Shown here: one piece after another, positions 13,340-27,300 of the stretch | Position numbering within the stretch: position 1 is the first letter of the stretch | How the letters are laid out: every line of letters starts with the position of its first letter | Assembly: GCF_001194135.2 (NCBI RefSeq) | Contig: NC_068989.1 | Span: 29,693,515-29,757,514 of the forward strand | Length of the DNA stretch: 64,000 nt | Reading direction: 5' to 3' | From: Octopus bimaculoides | Taxonomy: Eukaryota | The notes under the pieces: generated by a model | The model's input: only the letters and a program-made list of their open reading frames with translations | What the model was told of the DNA's origin: nothing | The model's database searches: none | Position numbers and translations under genes: made by a program

Positions 13340-13533
13340 TATAGAGTAGATTATAACTAAACACACATATATTATCATTATCACATTACATTCAATTCGC
13401 CATACATTATGTGTTTCATTAACCATCATCTTTTCCTTCACATTTCAGGTATACTGAAGACCCTTTTTGTCACTGCTTCAGTCTACATAAATAAAGTGTT
13501 GTTGAAAGCAAAGAGATGTCAGACTTATTTATG
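13340..13533 (+). repeat. Gypsy 5' LTR
   Basis: About 14 differences over the ~150-bp core versus the 3' LTR (hand count). AATAAA present. Carries ~18 bp absent from the 3' LTR. Confidence 0.85.
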
Positions 13534-16500
13534 ACAAAAGGTCAGTTAGCATGGCCAACATACCTTGTCCCACACCTGACTGCACCACGAGTTGGCCTGC
13601 AAACACTCTGGTGGTGGTACTGACCCACCTCATTGATCTTCATAGCGCCACTACTCATCGGACAGCCATGCAACCAGTTGCCCCCGTGAAAGTCTCACCT
13701 GAGAAAATCTGCCACCCCATGAAAGTCTCACCTGAGAAGGTCTGCCACCGTCATCTCTGCAGCTGGAACTAGCAAGGAATGGGCTTACTTTAGAGATGGT
13801 CAGACTGCAAACAAGCCATTCGTCTTACAGGTAATGATATCTTTCAGCTTTTTGAATGCTGCGATGAGACCCTCAGAAAAGATTTCACACAAACATTCGG
13901 CAAGCTGGCCTCCAGCGATGAGCGAACAGTCCTCAGTCACATTAATTCCTTGATTGTCCACCAAGAAAATGTCATCGTCGCTTTTGTGCAAATACAACAG
14001 ATGTGCCAGGACTGAGACAAACCTGTCAGGGCCTTCGTGCACATCTTCAAGGGCAGGCAGGTGTCTGCAACATCAAAATGGAATGCCCCTTGGAGGCCTG
14101 CCATGCCACTATTGATTGCAGCAAGGTCATAGTCCGTGATGCTCTCAAACGTGGGTTGGAGGATGAAGAGATCTGCCATGACATCCTGGGTGATTCCAAG
14201 CAAGACATGACCCTGGAAGAAGCCCCGAGATATGTCAAAGTTAAAGAAAGCAGAAAACGCTTAGCCAGCCGGCACATGGGCCACAGCACCACCTCAACCA
14301 CCGTGGCCTCCAGCTCATATAGGCACAGGTGTGGCACCACCCGGGCGATAAATCCAGTGAACCCCGTGATACATCCACCCCTACCCCCTGCAGTCACTGT
14401 GGAAAACATGGCTATGGACAACATGTACAGAAACACATGAGGAAATGCCCCGCCACTATGAGTGTCTGCTACCAACAATGCCGTCCCCAGCAACAGGCTC
14501 AAACCAATGCAGCTGACATGGAAGACCACACATCTACAATATTCAACAGCCTATGCCTTGTGGTTGACCTCCCTGACAAATCCTCTACCCAAGCAAAAAT
14601 TCTTGACCACCATGTGTATAATGAACTCTGTGATGCCGAGGTGAAATGCTCTTCTGACCCCCATCCCTCTGTCACTACCTGTGGAGATCTTCAACAAAAC
14701 CAGACTGACTTGCCTTGCCACTGACTGGAGCAAAGATGACATTGGCTTCTGGCTGTTCCCCACTTGTCTTTCACAACCAACCGCAGTTATCCGTCACAAC
14801 ACTATGGCAGACACTGGATGCCAGTCATGCCTGGCTGGGACAAGTCTCCTAACCAACGTGAGCCTGGACCAGCGCCACCTTATGCCGGTCAACATGGAAA
14901 TGACTACGGCTAACAGCAACCCCACAGATATCATCAGTGCCCTGCCCCATCCTCTGCAAAGTGCACGGTCTGTCAAATCATCTACATCACTTCTTCAACT
15001 GATAAACGTTTCCTCTCCAAGCAAACCTGTGTTGCCCTCAGGATGATTCCCCCACCCCACTTCTCCATGATTGGAGAAAGCTGTGAGAATGTTGACACCC
15101 CACTAGAAACATCTCCTGCAATGATGACTCAGAATGTATGTGCCTGCCCCCTACAACAAATACTACCCCCTCCTCCCACTTCACTACCATTCCTGGTCAC
15201 TGAGGAGAACCGTGGTCGCATGGAGAAGTGGCTGCTAGAATACTACAGCTCCAGCACATTCAACATCAACAACTCCCCAGGATGTCTGGCCCACCGATCC
15301 ACTTAATGGTGGACCCCAGTGCTAAACCAGTCACCCACCATATGCCTAAACCGTTTCCTGTTCATTGGCAAGAGGAAATGAAAGCAGGTCTTGACCATGG
15401 TGTTCAACTTGGAGTTGTCAAGCCTGTTACCATTGGTAAACCTGTTGCCTGGTGCCACAAAATGGTGATATACCCCAAGAAGTCTGGAAAACCTCAATGG
15501 AATGTCAATGTTCAGCCCCTCAACTGATATGGAGTCTGTGAGACTCATCACACCCAATCTCCATTCCACCAAGCCCACTCCATAACGCCCCACTCCCAAA
15601 AAACTGTCTTTGACGCTTGGAACAGCTACCACAGCATCGCCTTCGACAAGAGGGACCGCTACCTGACCACCTTCATCATGCCCCAGGACCACTTCCGCTA
15701 TTGCATTGCACCACAGAGATACATTGCTTCAGGGGAAGGCTACAGCAGATGATTCAACGAAATTGTCTCATGTATGCCCCAGAAAACGAAGTGCATCAAT
15801 GACACCTTGATGTGGTCAAACACCATTGAGGAAGCATTCTTTCAGGCCGTGGTTCCAACGGCGTCATTCTGAATCCGATTAAGTTCGACTTTGCCCAAAC
15901 TACCATGGAATTTGCTGGATTTGAGATCATCACTACCACAGTGTGACCCTGTGCCCAATATCTTGAGGTAATCTGTGACTTTCCCACCCCTAAGAACATC
16001 ACCGACATCCACAGCTGGTTTGGTCTGATCAACCAAGTCTCCTATGCCTTCGCTTCTGTTGAACGAATGTTGCCATTCCGGGAACTCAAGCTAGGTACCC
16101 GGTTTGTATGAACAGACCAGCTGAATAGGCTCTTTGAGGAATCCAAATCATCATCAAGATCCAAAGAGGTGTGGAGATCTTCAACAAAACCAGACCGACT
16201 TGCCTTGCCACTGACTTGAGCAAAGATGGCATTGGCTTCTGGCTGTTCCAAAAACATTGCGCATGCCTCTCCCCATGTCCCTTTTGATGCAAATCTGGCT
16301 GGAAAATCACCCTGGTTGGGAGCTGCTTCACTTCAGCGACAGAATCTCGTTATACACTAGTGGAGGGCAAAGCACTGGCAGTTACTGATGCATTGGACAA
16401 AGCACACTACTTCACCCTTGGCTGTACCAATCACATTGTCACAGTTAACCACAAACCTCTCTTGAAAGTATTTGGTGATCACTGTCTGGACGAAATCCCA

Positions 16501-18139
16501 AACCCTCAGTTGCACAACCTGAAAGAAAAAAACCGTATGATATAATTTCAGCATCATTCATGTACCAGGTGCTCACCATGCAGCAGCTAACACTGTCTCA
16601 CACCACTCTGTCAGACAGCCTACACCACCAAACGATGTTGCTGCCATGACCCATTCAACTGAACCACTCAGCCACCCATCTCTCCCACATTTTTTCCTGG
16701 CAACCATCCACTGTACCAGAGATGGCAACACTACAACATGCTTTTACAACAACTACATTTCACTGGTTACCGAGATCGTCCAATTTGTCATATGGGACAT
16801 GGTCCACACCTCTACTACCAGCAACCTAAGTATGGACCAAGCTCATGGACACAATTGAGAACAGCTCCCCAGAGGACCATTCCAAAGTCCCCGCCAAAGC
16901 TGCAGCAGTACTACCAGTTTCGTGATGAACTCACCAGCTTCGATGGAGTTATCCTGTATCATAACAGGGTTGTCGTATCTACCTCCCTTCACATGCAGGT
17001 CTTCCAGGCATTACACTCAGTGCATCAGGGCATGACAAAAATGTGTTCCAGAGCAGAGACATCCTTCTTCTGGCCGGGCATGACCCCAGCTATCATGAAA
17101 ATGCAGGAACACTGCTCAGCCTGCAACTGAATGGCAGTCTCACAGAATCACCTCCGTTGCATTTCCCCATGGCAACTGCTGCGCCAATGTCAGTGTCTAA
17201 ATAATAAAGCACCTCATTACAGACAACACTGATGCTAATGGTTTCCTCAACACTGACAGTTTCTAGCACGCAATGCTACAATAAAGAAATACACCTGACT
17301 GGGACACACACTTGTCACCAGCCATGTGCCTCTTTGGCCGCCCAATAGAAGACTTTATTCCTATCCATCCTGGCAAGTACCAGTCACACTCCATATGGCA
17401 GGAGACTATGAATTCTCACAAAGAAGCCCTGTGTAACTGCCATATGCATGCTGCCGAATGGTTGTCAGAACACACATGCCCACTTCCATTACTGACTGTG
17501 TCCAAATCCAGAAGCAAGTCAAACCCTATCCTACCAAATAGGACAAAACTGGTGTCATCATAGAGGTATGCCAGTTCGATCAGTACATGGTGAGAGTGGA
17601 TGGCTCAGGCTGAGTCACACTGCGCAACAGAAAATTCCTCTGGAAGTATCGACCGGTTGTTCCCCACACACCACTACTCATAGCCCCTGGACAACCTGCA
17701 TTCCTGACGCCAACACCAATGACAAGACTACCTTCTCAACCCAGTTTAATAGCTCCTCATGCAGCTACACCACCGACGCTTCCAGCCTACCCAACTGACA
17801 CCAAAACAACCACCACGACTCGGAACCCATCTACACTGCCTACTCCAAGAGCCACACCAACTTCCCCCACCTTATCTACCTCAGGATGTGCCACCAATGG
17901 TCGTATCCCAAGAGCCCTTGCTTGATGCAGCTGATCCCCCTACAGCAATCATCCCATTTGTCACTCTGCCAGACTGGCAAAGAATGACACAAAAGCCTGA
18001 TGCACAACTGATACATTGCCCCTTGATCGTCACACAATCAATATTAATTAACTATCTTTCACACTAATTATCCCATTTCTTTAACCATTTACTACATATT
18101 ATCAGTCTTCCTTGCTTCCCTCCAAAGACTTGGGGAGGG

Positions 18140-18315
18140 CATAAAGGATTACAACTAAACACACATATATTATCATTTATTACATTACATTCAATTCGCC
18201 ATACATTATTTGTTTCATTATCCATCGTCTTTTCTTTTACATTTCAGGTACACTGAAGACCCTTTTTGTCATTGCTTCAATCTATGTAAATAAAGAGTTG
18301 TGAGACTAATTTACA
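18140..18315 (+). repeat. Gypsy 3' LTR
   Basis: Follows the PPT at 18132-18139 and ends ...TTTACA. Confidence 0.85.
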
Positions 18316-18440
18316 GAAAATTTGTGACAAAGCAAACAGAGTGAACGCATGGTACAAGGCTGATAAATATCAAGGTGCAATATTTGTAGTACTATCTGTA
18401 AGACCAGGAACATAGTCTACAGAATAAGGCGCATAGAGGG
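18316..18440 (+). mobile_element. Continuation of the Penelope-like element after the Gypsy insertion
   Basis: Translates ANRVNAWYKADKYQGAIFV, resembling the WYK..GY.SV.FVP segment that follows RT in PLEs. Confidence 0.5.
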
Positions 18441-19451
18441 AGTTTGTAAGGACAGGAACACAGTATACATATGCCTTTGGGGTGGGTTTGGGCAGGAAAG
18501 TAGCGAAAATATGGGTTTCAAATTTTGGCACTAGGCCAGCAATTTTGGGGGAAGGGTGGTGTTGGTGTCTGCGCAGTTCTGATTAATTTTAACAGAATGT
18601 GTGCAGATAGGTGTTGCCAACAGTCAGTGCGAAAACAACTGGTTTTGAACGAATATACATTTATTTATTGAGAAAAGGTTGATTTGCCTAATAATGTGGG
18701 GCATAGTGTATATCACTTCTATTTTTAATTATTTGAAATCTTCCTGTAAGGAAGGAACAATTTTCTAACAAAGATACATTCGTTGGAATGAAGATAACAA
18801 AATGAATTCACATTTTGAACGTGAGAAAAGTCTTGCATATTTCTACTTTTCTACTTACATATAATTGGTAATGTGTGAGAGTTAGCTGGTCGATTTCTTT
18901 TTTCTGAAAACAACAGCTTATCCAGATTGTCACTTAAGCATCAACTCACAAAACCTAGTGCACCAATTATTATTGGCATGTGAATTTATAAACTGGGTAC
19001 AAAAGGAATGAATGAATGTATGTATATATGTATGCATGCGTGTGAGTGTGTGTATGTTTTTGTTTATATTTGGGCTCTACAAAGGCTGCAACTTCTATCA
19101 ACCAACCTTGCATGCTTCATACCTTTGACAATAAGTGAAATAAGAGATCTTAGACTTGAAAGTGAGTAAGAGTTAGTGATAAGAAGGGCATCTGGCTGTT
19201 AAACAATGCTTCAATAATAAATTTGTCTATCTAGGGAAAAATGGACATAAATATGTATCCTTATATTATTCCTATACAACGCAGCATATATTTGAAAATC
19301 TATGCATGTGTACATACATATGCATGTACGTATATTAATATTATTAACTGTAACCTGTTTCATGCCACTGAACCTGTGTAATGAATGAAATGCTGGATTG
19401 AACAGTGAACAGCCATGAAACTATCTACAATGCACGAGAGTTTATTAGGTG

Positions 19452-19857
19452 TTACTCTTTTACTCGTTTCAGTCATTTGAATGTGGCCATGCTGGAGCAC
19501 CGCCTTTAGTCGAGCAAATCGACCCCAGGACTTATTCTTTGTAAGCCTAGTACCTATTCTATCGGTCTCTTTTGCCAAACCGCTAAGTTACGGAGACCTA
19601 AACACACTAGCATCAGTTGTCAAGCGATGTTGGGGGGACAAACACAGACACACAAACATACACATATATATATATATATACACATATATTCGACGGGCTT
19701 CTTTCAATTTCTATCTACCAAATTCACTCACAAGGCTTTGGTCGGCCCGAGGCTATAGTAGAAGACACTTGCCCAAGGTGCCACGCAGTAGGACTGAACC
19801 CGGAACCAGGTGGTTGGTAAGCAAGCTACTTACCACACAGCCACTCCTACGCCTATG
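19452..19857 (-). mobile_element. tRNA-derived SINE family A, near full length
   Basis: A-box-like TGGCTGTGTGG (19843-19833), B-box-like GGTTCAGTCC (19800-19791), internal (TA)/(TG) run, AAAGAGTA tail. CpGs are retained, suggesting a young copy. Confidence 0.88.
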
Positions 19858-20746
19858 TTCATCATTTCTTTTAAAGGACTTTTCTGTTACTAGATTTAAA
19901 ATAAAATTGAAATATTTACAAAAAAAAAATCAAAGATAAGACTGTATATAAAGAGGAAAAGTGAGAGGGAGTAGAAAAAGTGAGGGAGAGATAAAATGGT
20001 AACCAGCTAATTGGAAGGGTACTGAATGAAGAATGATATACCATAACAAAGCCTTTAGGGCTGTCAAAATTTGTTTATATTGCTTAAGTGTGGAAGATAT
20101 AGGAAAAGTATTAAAATCAGAAAAAAAATTATCAAAAAAGTGAAATTCAATTACTAAAAAAAATGTCTAAAGATTAAATATAAAATACCTAGGACTCCAT
20201 GTAGCTAGATGAACATGAAATAAAGGGAGAAGTCCAGTAATAAAGTGTATCCTTAAACTGAAAATAAACTTGGAAGGAAATCAGCATCAAAACTAGAAGT
20301 AAAAGGAAATGGGGAAGGAAAAAAAAGGTTATTTGCGCATTTGTGTGTGTGTGTGTGTGTATGCATGTGTGTGTGTGCATGCATGTGCATGTGTGTATGT
20401 ATGTATGTGTGTGTGTGTGAAGTTTGTAGATAGAGATAAATAGGTAAACAATAACATAAATGAAAAGACACAAAGGATGAGTCAAAGGTGGACAAATAGC
20501 TAATAATGAAATGGGATATTAGATAATTTTATTATATAGAAGAGAAGCGGATCTGTCTGTCCATCTGTCACATCTATTACAGGGAGGAATCAAAATATAC
20601 ATCACAATGTATTTTTAGAAGAGGAGAAATACAGTGAGAGAGAAAGAAAGAGAGTGTGTGTGTGTTTGTGTCAGAAAAATAGATATAGATAGATAGGTAG
20701 TGTTGTCATCATAGTAATTCACAAGTTTTGATCTAAAGCATAGAAA

Positions 20747-20779
<33 letters not shown>

Positions 20780-20849
20780 NNNNNNNNNNNNNNNNNNNNN
20801 NNNNNNNNNNNNNNNNNNNNNNNNNNNNNTATATATATATATATATATA

Positions 20850-21335
20850 TGACAATGCCGTCTGATTGGCACGAGTGCCAGTGGAACATTAAAAGCACAT
20901 CCAAGCGTGATTGTTGCCAGTACCTCGGATTGGCTCTCGTGCCGGTGACGTGTGAAAAGCACCATTCGAGCATGATCGTTGCCAGCGTCGCCTTACCAGC
21001 ACATGTGCCAGTGGCACATGAAAAACAACATTCGAGCATGGTTGTTGCCAGTGCCGCCAGACTGGCCTTCATGCCAGTGCTACTTCCTGTGCAGGTAGCA
21101 CGTAAAAATACCTTTTGAGCGTGAGCGTGGTCGTTGCCAGAACCGCCTGACTGGCCCTCATGCCGGTGGCACGTAAAAAGCACCCACTACACTCTTGGAG
21201 TGGTTGGCATTAGGAAGGGCATCCAGCTGTAGAAACTTTGCCAGACCAGATTGAGCCTGGTGCAGCCTCTGGCTCACCAGTCCTCAGTCAAACCATCCAA
21301 CCCATGCCAGCATGGAAAGTGGACGTCAAACAATG
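20850..21335 (+). mobile_element. 3' UTR and tail of the RTE-type LINE family
   Basis: Same tandem GCCAG units and terminus (CCAACCCATGCCAGCATGGAAAGTGGACGTCAAACAATGATGAT) as the reverse complement of 35131-35600. Confidence 0.8.
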
Positions 21336-21619
21336 ATGATACATACATACATACATACATACATACAAACAAACAAATAAAATAAAATAAACTACTACAA
21401 AAACCTACTATTATCCATGCTAGAAAATGATACCTTCTATGAAAAAGTTGTAAACTATAAACAACAAAAAACAAAGAAAAATCTTGCATCCTTAATTCAA
21501 ATATATGGAAAAGGCCTGACTGAAAAAGAAGTAGATTATATCATTAACTTTAAATGTAAACCTACTTTTTTTTTATGGCCTACCTAAAACACACAAAAGC
21601 AAGATAGTTAATGAAGCTT

Positions 21620-23110
21620 GTGAACAATCACCAGGTAATTACATAATTATCCTAGCACCAGAAGATTTAAAGTTAAGACCAATTATAGCTGGCCCAGCCT
21701 GTGAAACCCACTGCTTAAGCAATTCTCTAGACATCCTACTGAAACCCTTACGGAAATACATCAAAAGTTTCATTAGAGGCGATCTAGATATGTTTGAGCA
21801 CCTACTAAAAACAACTAAAGAAGACACATTATTGGTTTCTTTCAATGTTATTATACACCAATATCCCATGTGACCATGGAATAGAAGCAATAAAATTCTG
21901 GCTGAAAAAGTACCCATAAGAACTTCCAGAATGCATAAACCAGGTTTTTATTATTGAAACTTTAAAATTTATACTTCAGAGCAATTATTTCCTATTCCAT
22001 GACACCGACTATTGTTAAAAATGTTGAATTGCGATGGAAACATAAACAGTCCCTGTTCTTGTGAACCTAATAATGGGATATTTTGAATTCATCATATATG
22101 AAGTGTCACTGTAAAAAATAGACATCCATTTCACCAGTGTATAAGAGAAAACTGGAAGAGATATCTGGATGACAGCTTTATCATTTGGAATGAGACAGTT
22201 GATAAACTTTTGGAATTTAAATTTACAATGGAATATAGCAAAGAACAGCTCCCTTTCTTAGATATTATGATAAAAAAAAGTCAACACCCAAATTGTAACT
22301 AACATTTATCATAAAACAACAGACTTGAAACAATATCTTTTTAGCTCATGCCATCCGAAACATCAAAAGAAATATCCCCTTTAATTTAGCAAAAAGGATT
22401 TGCACAATAGTGTCTGATGGAAATACCCGGGACCTCCATCTTCAAGACCTCAGAACAACACTGTGAGACAATACCCACCCTCACTTATAGATGACAGAAT
22501 TAAGCATTAAAACACTAAGGGAAACAAAATCTAACATCACACCACATCTCAGAACACTACCGTATATATCAACTCACAACCCTAGAAACAATGAGGCATA
22601 CAACACTGTTGTACAAAATCTACCTATGCTCATTAGAGATCCAAAAATGAACAACATTCTGAAAATATATAAATTCATCAAATGCAAAAAGCAATACAAA
22701 TTGCTGAAATGACTTCTGACAAATGCGAAGCTTTACACAACAACCACGAAACCAATGGTTAAAAAATGTGAATGCCCAAACTGTGGAACATGCCCCAACC
22801 TATTGGAAGGCTTGGATTTCCTATTCAAGCAAGGAGAGAGGTCCATGATTAAACCAACTTCACTTGTGCTTCCAAGAATCTACTTTATGTTATAACTTGT
22901 TCAGGTTGTGGACATAAGTATACAGGACAAACAAGTATGGCACTTAGATCCGTTAACATAAGGAACAAATCCGTCTCCCACAGTACAGACATATTCCTTT
23001 GAGTGAACACAGAGAGATGTGCAAGTAATATCCAACCAAACTTCAGTTTTCCCCATCTACCAGTGCAAAGAAACAATTTCTGTACAAGAATGTTTAAATC
23101 AAGAAAATTT
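21620..23110 (+). mobile_element. Penelope-like element, RT plus GIY-YIG endonuclease, degenerate
   Basis: LRPIIAGPACETHCLS...LDILLKP; WKRYLDDSFIIW (22153 onward); QLPFLDIMI; YHKTTD..QYL...SCHP; CECPNCGTCP; NFTCASKNLLYVITCSGCGHKYTGQT (~22855-22935). Confidence 0.88.
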
Positions 23111-24369
23111 ATTCATCAAAAAATACAGAACACACCTAAATATTAACACATAACCAACTTTGGTCTCAGTATATATTTTAATTCATGTTCACATACCCAT
23201 CACTGTAAATACTTCATCTTTTGAGTTTTTGTATATTTCTTTATTGCCTCCCCAAAATATGAGCAATTAACCTTCCCTGTCCCGAATAATAATGACCTCC
23301 CCTTAGATTTTTCTACTTGTTGACTCATTTTATTCACAAACTCCCATACATAACATGGTCACAACAAGGTGAAGGAAGAAAGTTAGCTTCAAGCAATCTG
23401 TAATGAATATAAAAAAACAACTTTCAGGAAAATAGTGGTTTATTGAGATGGAAGGTTGCAGATTTTTTTCTTTCATTGAAGAACAATAAGCTGAAAAAAT
23501 TTCTTTTTATATTTCTCAGTAGGCAACCAGGGTTGCCGAGTATGTGAAAAAAAAAAAGAGATTTATGGAATGGAGTATGGGAAATCCAGGCTACATATGT
23601 TTCATAGTGAGTGGAACCTCAGAAGTGGTAAAATCCAGGTGAGGTGCATACCACAGGCTACTCTTCAGGCCAAGGATATCTCGATTAGATTAAAGGCTAC
23701 ATTGTTATAAGGAGGTACATGTTGATGCAAAGATTCAATCAGAATGTGTGGAGGGCACAGTATGTGAGGGGTACGTACATAAATGAGGGGAGAAATAAGT
23801 AATAGATAGTGGCAAGTGCCAGGGCATAACTTTGAGGTTCAAATGCCATAATGTAAGTGACAGGATATTGCAAAGGAAGTGTGATTAAAGAGTGTGAGTG
23901 AGTAGCAAAAGACCTGGGTATATATAGAGTTGGAGGGACTACTGGATACAGAGGAACATGGGTGAAGAACAGGACAAGATTGGGGAGTGAGAGCTAGGCA
24001 TAGTGAATGAAGGAGGAAATGCGAGAAAGACATGTAAACTGGTTTGTTGGGGTAGGGTGAGGGAAAGTTTTCTTGTTATGTGTGAGTGGAACACCCAGGT
24101 TGGGGGTTAGCAGATGGCAATAATAGAATGAGACAAGGCATGTCGGTAGAATGCACAGGTCGGGGGGTAAGCAGAAAGCAATGATACAGTGGTACCAGGC
24201 CAAGAGGACAAGATTGGGGAGTGAGAGGTAATCATTGTACATGAAGCAGAAATGTGAGGAAGAGAAGGGATGCAGAGACATAATTTGGTTTGTTGTGGTT
24301 GTGTGTAAGAGATTTTCTACACAGCGCTTCTAGAACTCAGTTTTGCTGATGTGGGTGGGTCTTCTCAAG

Positions 24370-27300
24370 AACTTCATATTGCCAGACATCTCAGCCCATG
24401 GTCATTTCCTCCATGAGGTACAACTTCCTGAGATTAGTCCTTACCACTTCATACCATGTCTTCCTGGGTCTCCCGCTTCCATGGGTACCATCCACTTTCA
24501 GTGATCAGCACTTCTTTATGCAGCTGTCTTCATTCATATACATCACACGTCCAAACCAACATAGTCTTCTCTCTTGCATGCTACATTTGATTCCTCTTAT
24601 GCCCGACCTTTCTTTCAATACATTTGCACTTTGTCATACATGTGCACTGATGTTGCACATCCAACAGAGTATGCTATCTTCATCTCTCTCCAGTCTACAC
24701 ATCTCTTCAGCATTCAGAGCTCATGTCTCACTACCATAGAGTATAGGCATTCATACACAAGCATCATATAGTATACCTTTCATTCTGAGAGGCCTTTTGT
24801 TGCCAACTGAAGTAATAGCTCTCTGAACTTCCTCCACCCAATTCTTATTCTAGAATCAATACTTCCACCATTGCTAATTTGGTCACCTAGGTAACAGAAA
24901 CTATCTACAACCTCAAGAGAGCCTCCTGGGCATTTGAGAGAATCTAATTCCTGTGTGCTCTTAGTGCTTATTGTTCCTGTACATCTGCTACATACAAAGA
25001 CTACTCTATCTGTTAATCTCCTATGATACCACTGCATCTCTTATGTGTCCATAGTTTACACTGGGTGCAGCAAATGGAATTTCTTCCAACTCCTTTCCTA
25101 CATAAGGAGCAGGGCCATTTACCTGACGGAAAGAAAGTTTTATCTTCTTTCTTACTAACAACCACTTTTGTCTTAGCTAGGTTAACTTTAAGGCCCTTTG
25201 ATTCCAGGTTTTGTTTCCATACCTGGAATTTCTTCTCCAATTCTGCAATAAGAGCAAGGTCATCAGCATATAGTAATTCCCACAGGCACCCAGTTCTGAA
25301 TTCCTCTGTTATAGCCCAGAGGACTATAACGAATAAGAGTGGGCTGAGAACTGAGCCCTGGTGAACCCCTGCCTGAACGCTAAATTCATCACTGTATTCA
25401 TGGCCAACTCTCACCTTACTGACAGCACCACTGTACATGACTTGGACAGCTCTGACAAGTCACTCCTCTACTCCTAACTTCCTTAAAGACCACCATATAA
25501 CAGAGTGGGGAACTCTGTCAAAAGCTTTCTCCAGGCCGACAAAGACTAAATACAATGACTTACTTTTGGCCAAGTAATTCTCCTGCAGCTGCCTTACTAG
25601 AAGTTGGCATCAGTAGTAATCTTCCCAGGTACAAAACCAAACTGCATCTCATCTAGTTTAATTTTATTTCTAATCAATTGAGTTATAACCCTCTCAGTAA
25701 TTTTCATGACTTTGTCTCATAGTTTAATACCTCTGTAGTTGTTTCTATCTAAGGCATCACCTTTACCCTTATAGCAGTTATAACTATAACACTACTACAC
25801 CAGTCATTGGTGATGGAGCCTTCCTGAATAACTTGATTAACTATACGGGGGACTAAGCTGTATCCTACACCACCAGAAATATTTATCATCTCGGCAGTAA
25901 TTCCTAATGGCCCAGGGCTTTTCCGTTTTCATGCCTTATCTATTATGCTACTATCAACTGTGATGGCTGGTCCCTCAATTAGTTCAATATTTGGTAAACT
26001 CTCCTTCTCCCATTCATTTTCCACATTTAGTAACCTTTCATAGTGACACTCCCATGCATCTTTCTTTGAGTCACTAAGTGCAAGCATGCCATTATCCATT
26101 CACACACATTTCTCACCTACCACATCTCTATTTTCTCTGATACACTGCTTTGTAATCCTGAACACCTCATGCCTCTGATCCTCATGTTGAAGGACATTTG
26201 CAAACCTCTTACCTTCAGCTTCTCCTTTTGTTATGTATACATGACATCTAGCTGTCCTTTTGGCTACCTGATATAATTCTCAGCTTCCACCATTCTGCCA
26301 TTCTTTCCAGGCCTATCTCTTTGCTTTTATAACACTGTCAACCTCCTTGCTCCACCACCATGTCACCTTTGGTCTAGCTGGGACTCTGCACCAACCACAG
26401 ATTTCATCTGTAGCTCTCAGTAGAGTGTTCCTCAAGAATTTCCAGTTGTTCTCTAAGCTATATGTCCCAAACTCTTCCTCTCTATCGTCAGAAGCTTCCA
26501 TTAGCAAATCTTAAAATTTTTGTCTGTTTGCTGGGTCTTTGAGCTCCCATAGTCTTCTTTTCCAGATTGGCTTATTTCTCTGGGTCTTTCTAGCTCTAAT
26601 TCTGAAGTCACTAACTCGTAACCTAAGTTGGGTTGTACACTCTTCCCCTGGGAAAGACTTTGTGTTTTTAAGCATCCATCTATCTCATTGCCTGGTGAGG
26701 AGGTAGTCAATCCAGCGTATGTGCTCACCAGACTGATAAGTGATTAGGTGGCTGGCTGGCTTTTTGAAGTTAGTGTTGCAGATCATGAGATCATTTTCAT
26801 CACAGAACTCCAGCAGTTTTGTTCCCTCCTCATTTCTAGATCCAAAACCATAGCCTCCATGCACTCCCTGGAATTCATGGGGGTGCTGTCCAACATGTCC
26901 ACTGAAGTCACCAGCCACAATAATAACGTCTCTGTCATTTGTTGTTGAGGTGGTCTGCAAAAAGATCTCATAGAATTGGTCCTTCTGCTCATCAGACAGC
27001 CCAAACTAAAGGGCATAAGCAGAGATAAATGTGAATGTTAATTTACATATGATAAGTCTCATTTTAATTATCCTATCACATACTCTGACAACTTCAATTA
27101 CCTTATCTACCCACTTTTCTGCAAACAGTATGCCTACTCCACCCACACCATTATTCCTGCCAACCCAGAAGAATTTGAATCTGTCNNNNNNNNNNNNNNN
27201 NNNNNNNNNNNNNNNNNNNNNNNNNNNNNNNNNNNNNNNNNNNNNNNNNNNNNNNNNNNNCTTATCTACCCACTTTTCTGCAAACAGTATGCCTACTCCA

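Larger units (their letters stand above)
13340..18315 (+). mobile_element. Ty3/Gypsy LTR retrotransposon, two LTRs, degenerate gag-pol with partly deleted integrase
   Basis: Direct repeats at ~13340-13533 and ~18140-18315, with a PPT GGGGAGGG before the 3' LTR. Gag from 13551 (MANIPCPTPDC). RT: DAWNSYHSI...FRYCIAPQRYIASGEGY...CINDTLMW. RNase H: TD*SKDGIGF, EGKALAV, NHKPLL. Integrase HHCC: LHSVHQG...FWPGM...CSAC. Many stops. Confidence 0.92.

Noticed and set aside
13340-18315. Non-canonical CG...CG LTR termini (TATA/CATA starts, TATG/TACA ends)
   Set aside because: The same number of substitutions explains ordinary TGTA...TACA termini, which integrase requires.
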